Source: Candidatus Velthaea sp. (GTDB lineage: Bacteria > Vulcanimicrobiota > Vulcanimicrobiia > Vulcanimicrobiales > Vulcanimicrobiaceae). From it: a stretch of DNA of 11,557 bases. The translations under genes were made by a program, and so were the position numbers. The stretch is taken from contig JBEKHC010000126.1 of the NCBI GenBank assembly GCA_050012475.1, positions 1 through 11,557 on the forward strand, written 5' to 3'. Below are positions 6,223 through 11,557 of this stretch, piece by piece. Below the pieces are notes generated by a model, which saw only the letters and a program-made list of their open reading frames with translations, did not search any database and was not told the DNA's origin. Within the stretch, counting starts at the first letter, position 1. Each line of letters opens with the position of its first letter.

Positions 6223-7779
6223 GTGCGCAACCCGCCGCTTCAACACACCTACGCCGCAAACGTTGCGCTCGTCGTCCTGGCGCTCTTTCCGGGGCTGATC
6301 AATACGAGCGCGATCGGGCTGCTCAGTCCGGTGATCGGGGGCGATCTCGGCGTCACGCCCGACGCGGTCGGGCGTTTACCGCTCTTCAACGACGCCGCGC
6401 TGGCCTTCGGTGCGCTGCTCGCCGCCGACGTCGTGCGCTTCGTCGACGGACGCCGCTATTTTTATCTGCTGCTCTGCGTGTCGCTGGTGACGTCGCTGGT
6501 CAGCGCGCTGGCGACGAACTTTACCGTGCTGGTCGTGACGCATATCGTTCACGGGTTAGCTGCCGGGAATCTCTTCATCGTCATGCTTCCGCCGCTGGTC
6601 ACGGGCTTCGGCGGCAAACGCTTGGGCAGTTCGGCGGCGGTGCTGGTTCCGAGTTTGTTCGGCGCGGCGGCGCTGGGGCCGGTCGTCGGCGCGTTCGTCG
6701 CCGCGCCGCACGCTTGGCGTGCGATCTTCGCCGCCGAAGTCGTCGTGTCGCTAGTGACGATGGGCCTTGCGGTCGCGACGCTGGCCGAACGTCCGGCGTC
6801 GGACCCGCTCGCCAGACCCGACTGGTTCGCGCACATCGTTTCGGGCTGTGCCGCCATCGCGATCTTCATCGGTGCGGGCGGGCTGGCCGGACACGACTGG
6901 AACGATCTGGCGGCGACGATTCCGGTGGCGCTGGGTGTTGTGCTCTTCGTGGCGCTCATCGTGGGCGAAAATTTTCTGCCGCACGCGCTCGTTCCGGTGC
7001 GGGGTCTGTCGACGTCGCTTGCGCTCGTCGGCATCATCGCGACCATGACGGGCAGTGCGTGTTTCGCCGCCTTGACGCAATCGTTCATCCTCATTCTCGA
7101 GCGTCTCGCCGGATTGAGCGTGCGCGCGACGGGTTTGGCGACGTGGCCGGAGTTCATCGCGGCGCTGATCGCGGGTCTCGTCTTCGGCCGGCTGGTGACG
7201 ACGAAATGGATTGCCGTCGTCGGGATCAGCGGGCTCGCGATCCTCGCTGTGACGCTGGCGCTAACGATCGTGCGTTCCCCGCCGTCGGCGCTCGACGTCA
7301 CGGCACTGTCGTTTTTGGCCGGACTCGGTTCGGGCGCGGCGGTCACGCCGGGCTTGCTGCTCGTCGCGCTGACCTATCCGCGCGCGCAAGTCGGGCGCGC
7401 GATCGCGATGCTCAATCTGCTGCGGCTGACCGGGACGTACATCACCGGCCCGCTCGCCGAACACGGCATCGGCTCGCAAACGCGCAACCATTTCGCCGCT
7501 TCGCGCGCCGCGCGCGGCGCCGTCGATGGGCCGGTTCGCGAGTTCGTGGTTTACGGCCACGTTGCGCCCGGCGTCGACCTGCACGCGCTGCAAGCTGCGC
7601 TGGCAGCCGGCATCCGCGATATCATGGCCGGGGTGCTGGTGCTGGCCTGCATGGGGCTGGCACTGATCGCCGTGCTGCTCGTGCGGCTGCACCGCCCGCT
7701 GATCTCGCCCGACTTGGCCGCCTTCGACCGGGGCCAGCCGGCGCTGGCGACGGCCGGCGAACGAACGCCCCGGTCATAG
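6223..7779 (+). CDS. MFS transporter, DHA2 (EmrB/QacA)-like 14-TM topology, divergent (518 aa)
   Basis: Many hydrophobic helices; degenerate motif A (ADVVRFVDGRR), motif C-like ALGPVVGAFV, WRAIF, PDW, large loop before the last TM; GGAG upstream of the GTG start. Confidence 0.88.
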   Translation: MRNPPLQHTYAANVALVVLALFPGLINTSAIGLLSPVIGGDLGVTPDAVGRLPLFNDAALAFGALLAADVVRFVDGRRYFYLLLCVSLVTSLVSALATNFTVLVVTHIVHGLAAGNLFIVMLPPLVTGFGGKRLGSSAAVLVPSLFGAAALGPVVGAFVAAPHAWRAIFAAEVVVSLVTMGLAVATLAERPASDPLARPDWFAHIVSGCAAIAIFIGAGGLAGHDWNDLAATIPVALGVVLFVALIVGENFLPHALVPVRGLSTSLALVGIIATMTGSACFAALTQSFILILERLAGLSVRATGLATWPEFIAALIAGLVFGRLVTTKWIAVVGISGLAILAVTLALTIVRSPPSALDVTALSFLAGLGSGAAVTPGLLLVALTYPRAQVGRAIAMLNLLRLTGTYITGPLAEHGIGSQTRNHFAASRAARGAVDGPVREFVVYGHVAPGVDLHALQAALAAGIRDIMAGVLVLACMGLALIAVLLVRLHRPLISPDLAAFDRGQPALATAGERTPRS

Positions 7780-7828
7780 CGCCCGGCTTCACGGGAACCT
7801 CCGGCAAATCGTGGAAGCGCGCGTAAAG

Positions 7829-9826
7829 ATGGGTTTGGTCCGCTGGTGCGTCGCGTTGCCGCTGGTGTTTTTTCTTTGCGCGAGCGCCGGACGAGCAGCC
7901 GATCTGCCGGCGCTCGTCCCGGCTCCGGCAAGCCTCCACTTCACGTCGTGTCCGCACGATGGCCGGCCGCTCCGGGACGCCGTGCGTTTCCCGCTCGACA
8001 TCGATCCGGGCGGCTTCGCGCTGGTGCGCGAGCGCTGGCGCGTGCTGGGGATCGTGCCGCCGGTCCGCGCCGCGCGCGCCGACGTTCGCGTCCAGCTCGA
8101 AAACCGGCGCCGGCCGGCCGCTTTGCTGCCGCGCTACACGCTCGACGTCGGAGCCGCGGCAATCGAGATTCGCGCTTCGGATCGCGAGGCCGCGTTCGAC
8201 GCGCTGACAACGCTCGCTCAGCTTCCGGTTCGGGCCGGCCGGCGTTGGATGTTGCCGTGCGTCGCGATCGCCGACGGGCCGGCGCTGCGCTGGCGCATCG
8301 TCTCCGATGACATCTCGCGCGGCCCGTTTCCCACCATGCGCTATTTCAAAGAGCGCATTCGAACGCTGGCGGGCTTCAAGATCAACGGCTGGTCACCGTA
8401 CATGGAGCAGGTTTTTTTCGATCCGGCGCACCCGTACGTGGCCTTTCCGAACGCGCTGCGCGCCGCGCAATTCCGCGAACTCGCCGCCTACGCGCGCTTC
8501 TATCACGTGACGCTCGTGCCGCAGCAGCAGACGCTCGCGCACATGCACGAAACGCTGAAGTACGAGCGGCTCGCGCCGTTGGCCGAACTGCCCCACGGCT
8601 ACCTGATGTCGCCGAGCGACGCGCAAACCTACGCTTACCTCGAACCGCTGCTGCGCGCCGAACTTGCGGCGGCGGGGCCGGTGCCGTTTTTTCACCTCGG
8701 CGCCGACGAACCGCTGGATTTGGGCCGCGGGCGGACGCCGCGCAGCGCGCAGGTTTTCGCCGCGCATGTCGATCGGTTGAGCGCCGTCGTTGCCGCGTCC
8801 GGCGCGCGGCCGATGATTTGGGATGACGCGATCCAGCAAGACCCGTCGATCCTACGGCTGATCCCCAAACGCACGGTCGTCGTCACGTTTCACTATGGCG
8901 CCGAACCGACGTTTGCCAAGTACATCGCGACCGTCGCGGGCGCGCACTTCGATCAGTTCGTTTCGCCGGGCGCCAACAATTGGAACGAACTGTACGCCGA
9001 TCTCGATACGGCGTACGCGAACGAAGCTCGCTTCATCGCCGACGGCAAAGCGGCGCACGTGCTGGGCGTGTTCGAGACGGTGTGGCACGACGACGGCGAG
9101 TCGCTCTTCGAGGCCACCTGGCCGGCGGTCGCGTTTGCGGCGGCGAGTGCCTGGCAAACGCAGCCGGTCGACCGCGCGGGCTGGCACAAGGCCTTCGCGC
9201 GCGCCTTTTTCGGCAGCGACGACCGGCGTTTCGGCGGCGACCTCGACGCGCTGGCCGCCGCGCGCCGTGCGCTGCGCGCGAAACCGCAGGGCGATCCGCC
9301 CGACTATTTGTTCTGGCGCGATCCGTTCGCGGCGCGCGCCCCGGGCGCGGCCAACGGCATCGATGTTGCGGCGGTCCGGCGCTACGCCGAAGATGTTCTG
9401 GCGCACTTGGCCGGGCACGCTCCGCCCCTCCATCGCAACGCCGCCGCCGTCATGCGGTTGGCCGCGCTGCGCTACGACGCGCTGGGCCGGCGGATCGAAA
9501 TCGGCACGGAAGCCAGAAACGCTTTCGACGATGCGCGCGCGCACGTCGCGGCGCACGACGATGCGATCGTCTATCGCGGCCTCAACGTTGCGAAATATTT
9601 GTGCTGGGAGTTGCGCGACGAACTCACGGCACTCGAACCGCTGTACGCGCGCGCGTGGCGTTACGAAAGCACGCCGCCGGGTTTAGCGCGCGTGCTCGTC
9701 CGCTATCACGCGGCCGCGGCGCAGGCGGTGCTCGATGCCGACCGTCTCGACGCCGCGGCGCGCGAGGACTATCTGCGCGACCGCACGCTGCCGGATTTCG
9801 ACCGGGTGCTGGAACGCCCGCATTGA
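7829..9826 (+). CDS. Secreted glycoside hydrolase family 20 (beta-N-acetylhexosaminidase)
   Basis: Signal peptide MGLVRWCVALPLVFFLCASAGRA from ATG 7829; GH20b-like N-domain (LVPAP...YTLDV...LTTLAQL...IADGP), WRIVSDDISRG, FKING, QTLAHM, catalytic FHLGADE (DE at 8705-8710), PMIWDD, TVWHDDG; helical C-terminal domain. Confidence 0.92.
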   Translation: MGLVRWCVALPLVFFLCASAGRAADLPALVPAPASLHFTSCPHDGRPLRDAVRFPLDIDPGGFALVRERWRVLGIVPPVRAARADVRVQLENRRRPAALLPRYTLDVGAAAIEIRASDREAAFDALTTLAQLPVRAGRRWMLPCVAIADGPALRWRIVSDDISRGPFPTMRYFKERIRTLAGFKINGWSPYMEQVFFDPAHPYVAFPNALRAAQFRELAAYARFYHVTLVPQQQTLAHMHETLKYERLAPLAELPHGYLMSPSDAQTYAYLEPLLRAELAAAGPVPFFHLGADEPLDLGRGRTPRSAQVFAAHVDRLSAVVAASGARPMIWDDAIQQDPSILRLIPKRTVVVTFHYGAEPTFAKYIATVAGAHFDQFVSPGANNWNELYADLDTAYANEARFIADGKAAHVLGVFETVWHDDGESLFEATWPAVAFAAASAWQTQPVDRAGWHKAFARAFFGSDDRRFGGDLDALAAARRALRAKPQGDPPDYLFWRDPFAARAPGAANGIDVAAVRRYAEDVLAHLAGHAPPLHRNAAAVMRLAALRYDALGRRIEIGTEARNAFDDARAHVAAHDDAIVYRGLNVAKYLCWELRDELTALEPLYARAWRYESTPPGLARVLVRYHAAAAQAVLDADRLDAAAREDYLRDRTLPDFDRVLERPH

Positions 9827-11557
9827 CCGGTTTGGCGATCGTTGCGGTCTTCGTCCTGTTGGCCGGACTGATGATCGCGCGCAAGCTGCCGGCGCTCTTG
9901 GCGGTGCCCGTGATGGCGCTGGCACTGGGCGCGTTGGCGGGCGCTGGATGGACGGGCTTGGGCGACATCTTCGCCAAGGGTGCGGTGCAGTTGGCGCCGA
10001 CGATCGCGACGCTGATTTTCGGCGCGCTGCTCAGCCGCGTCGTGCTCTCGACCGGGATCGCCGAAACGATCGTCACGATCGCCGCGGAGTACGGCGGTGA
10101 CCGGCCGTTGGTGCTCGCACTCGTCGTCTGCGCGGCGGTCGCGGTGCTGTTCACGTCGGTTACGGGCCTAGGCGCGATCATCATGATCGGCACGATCGTG
10201 CTGCCCGTGATGCTCACCGTGGGCGTGCCGCGCGCGACCGCCGCGACGCTGTTCTTGATGGCCTTCGGGCTGGGCTACATCTTCAATCTCGCGCAGTGGA
10301 AGTTCTACGGACAGATCTTCGGCGCCGATCAAAGCGCCTTCGGGACGTACATCTACGCGCTCGCCGCGATCGAGATCGGCGCCATCGTCGCGTTTGCCGC
10401 CGTCAGTGCGCGCACCAATCGCGACTACGCGACGTTCGCCCTGGCGGCGCCGCTGCCGAAAAAGAGCGTGCACCCAATCGCGCTGATCACGCCGATCTTG
10501 CCGGTTGTCATCTTCAAAGGACTCGGCGTGGACGCCACGGTCGCGTTCGCGATCGCCGCACTGTTCGGGGTGCTCGTCACCCGCCCGCGCGACGCGGTGC
10601 AAACGCTCATGGGCGCGTGGATTCGCGGACTCGAAGACGTCGCTCCGGCGATCATCCTCATGCTCGGCATCGGCATGCTGTTGTACGCCGCGAAACTGCC
10701 CGCGGTCGCCGCCGCGCTTGGCCCGCTCGTTGCCGCCGTCGCGCCGCGCACGCCGCTCGCGTACGTCGTCGTGTTCGGGCTGCTCAGCCCGCTCGCGCTG
10801 TACCGCGGTCCACTCAACGTGTACGGTGTCGGGATCGGCGTCTTCACCGTGCTGGCCGCGATGCACGTGATGCCGCCCGTCGCGCTGATCGCCGCGGTCA
10901 TGGCGGTGGTACAAGTTCAGAACGTCTGCGATCCGACCAATACGCAAAACGTGTGGGTGGCGAACTTTACCGGCGTCGGCGTCGACCGCATCACGCGCTT
11001 GTCGCTGCCGTATCAGGTTGCGGTCGCAACGCTCGCGGCGAGCGCGGTCGTCGTCTTCGGCGGCACGTTTTTCGGCCGTGCGCCGTTCGCGTTCACCCAT
11101 CCGGCGGAGGCCGCGGAGCTGACCGGCTTGACGGTTCCGTTCTCGGCGGCGCAAACTATCGCGGTGGTTGCCGCGGAACCCGCGGCCAACGAAGCTGCCG
11201 CGGAAGTGCGGCACGCCGTCGACCGCGGCTGGCGCGGCTACCACACGGTCGAAACGCAGGCCGATCCGGGGGCCGCCGATTGCCGGGCCAAGCCCTATGC
11301 CGCAGTCGCGCGGGTCTCGGTCGAGAACGACGGCGACACGCGCGACATCGGCATCGAGCTGCTCGATTGCGCCGGGTGGAGCGTCGATCAGTGGCACGCG
11401 CAAGGGAGCGACATCCGCCGCCTCGCGCTCGACGTGCTGTTCCGATTGCGGTTGTGGATGCACGACCGGCCGGCGCTGGCAGCGAACGTCTTGGGTCGCG
11501 GGCTGGCCTACGATCCAGCCGACGGTCCGACGTATTTCTACACGCTCTTCAAACCCA
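9823..11557 (+). CDS. IT-superfamily (citrate/gluconate-transporter-like) secondary transporter with a C-terminal soluble extension (3' end outside window)
   Basis: Manual translation from TTG 9823 (overlapping the GH20 TGA) is open to the window end (578 codons): MTGLAIVAVFVLLAGLMIARKLPALLAVPVMA...IFGALLSRVVLSTGIAETIV...AEYGGDRP...GLGAIIMIGTIVLPVM...LALYRGPLN...VCDPTNTQNVWVANF. TM region ends near 11060, then a hydrophilic domain follows. Missing from the ORF track because it has no stop. Confidence 0.88.
   Translation, partial: MTGLAIVAVFVLLAGLMIARKLPALLAVPVMALALGALAGAGWTGLGDIFAKGAVQLAPTIATLIFGALLSRVVLSTGIAETIVTIAAEYGGDRPLVLALVVCAAVAVLFTSVTGLGAIIMIGTIVLPVMLTVGVPRATAATLFLMAFGLGYIFNLAQWKFYGQIFGADQSAFGTYIYALAAIEIGAIVAFAAVSARTNRDYATFALAAPLPKKSVHPIALITPILPVVIFKGLGVDATVAFAIAALFGVLVTRPRDAVQTLMGAWIRGLEDVAPAIILMLGIGMLLYAAKLPAVAAALGPLVAAVAPRTPLAYVVVFGLLSPLALYRGPLNVYGVGIGVFTVLAAMHVMPPVALIAAVMAVVQVQNVCDPTNTQNVWVANFTGVGVDRITRLSLPYQVAVATLAASAVVVFGGTFFGRAPFAFTHPAEAAELTGLTVPFSAAQTIAVVAAEPAANEAAAEVRHAVDRGWRGYHTVETQADPGAADCRAKPYAAVARVSVENDGDTRDIGIELLDCAGWSVDQWHAQGSDIRRLALDVLFRLRLWMHDRPALAANVLGRGLAYDPADGPTYFYTLFKP

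Noticed and set aside
6122..6259. N-terminal extension of the binding-protein ORF
   Set aside because: Arg-rich, overlaps the MFS start, and a proper signal peptide begins only at ATG 6121.
7780..7828. GGAACC as an ECF sigma -35 element and a weak hairpin between MFS and GH20
   Set aside because: No -10 at canonical spacing, and the hairpin is short and interrupted.
9624..11463. Minus-strand ORFs 9624-10217, 10168-11463 and 10425-10901
   Set aside because: Antisense shadows of the plus-strand transporter starting at 9823.
1..11557. CRISPR array, tandem repeats, IS or prophage genes
   Set aside because: No regularly spaced repeats or mobile-element proteins seen; short GCC/CGG runs reflect Ala/Pro codons.

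Overview
High-GC bacterial window with no rRNA, tRNA, CRISPR or transposase. In order it holds: (1) a minus-strand, membrane-anchored class III nucleotidyl cyclase with degenerate catalytic motifs and a Pro/Ala-rich tail, which runs off the left edge and is absent from the ORF track; (2) a divergent 130-aa hypothetical; (3) a minus-strand CUT1 sugar ABC importer (binding protein, two permeases, MalK/MsmK-type ATPase) resembling alphaproteobacterial N-acetylglucosamine transporters; (4) a ~625-bp segment splitting that operon between the permeases, encoding a secreted Met-rich half-DUF305/CopM-like protein with a candidate promoter and flanking long imperfect hairpins; (5) a plus-strand run of a DHA2-like MFS transporter, a secreted GH20 beta-N-acetylhexosaminidase and a translationally coupled IT-superfamily transporter with an unusual soluble C-terminal extension, which runs off the right edge and is also absent from the ORF track. 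The locus looks like an amino-sugar scavenging region with an inserted putative metal-binding mini-cassette. All family calls come from motif recognition by eye; no searches were run.
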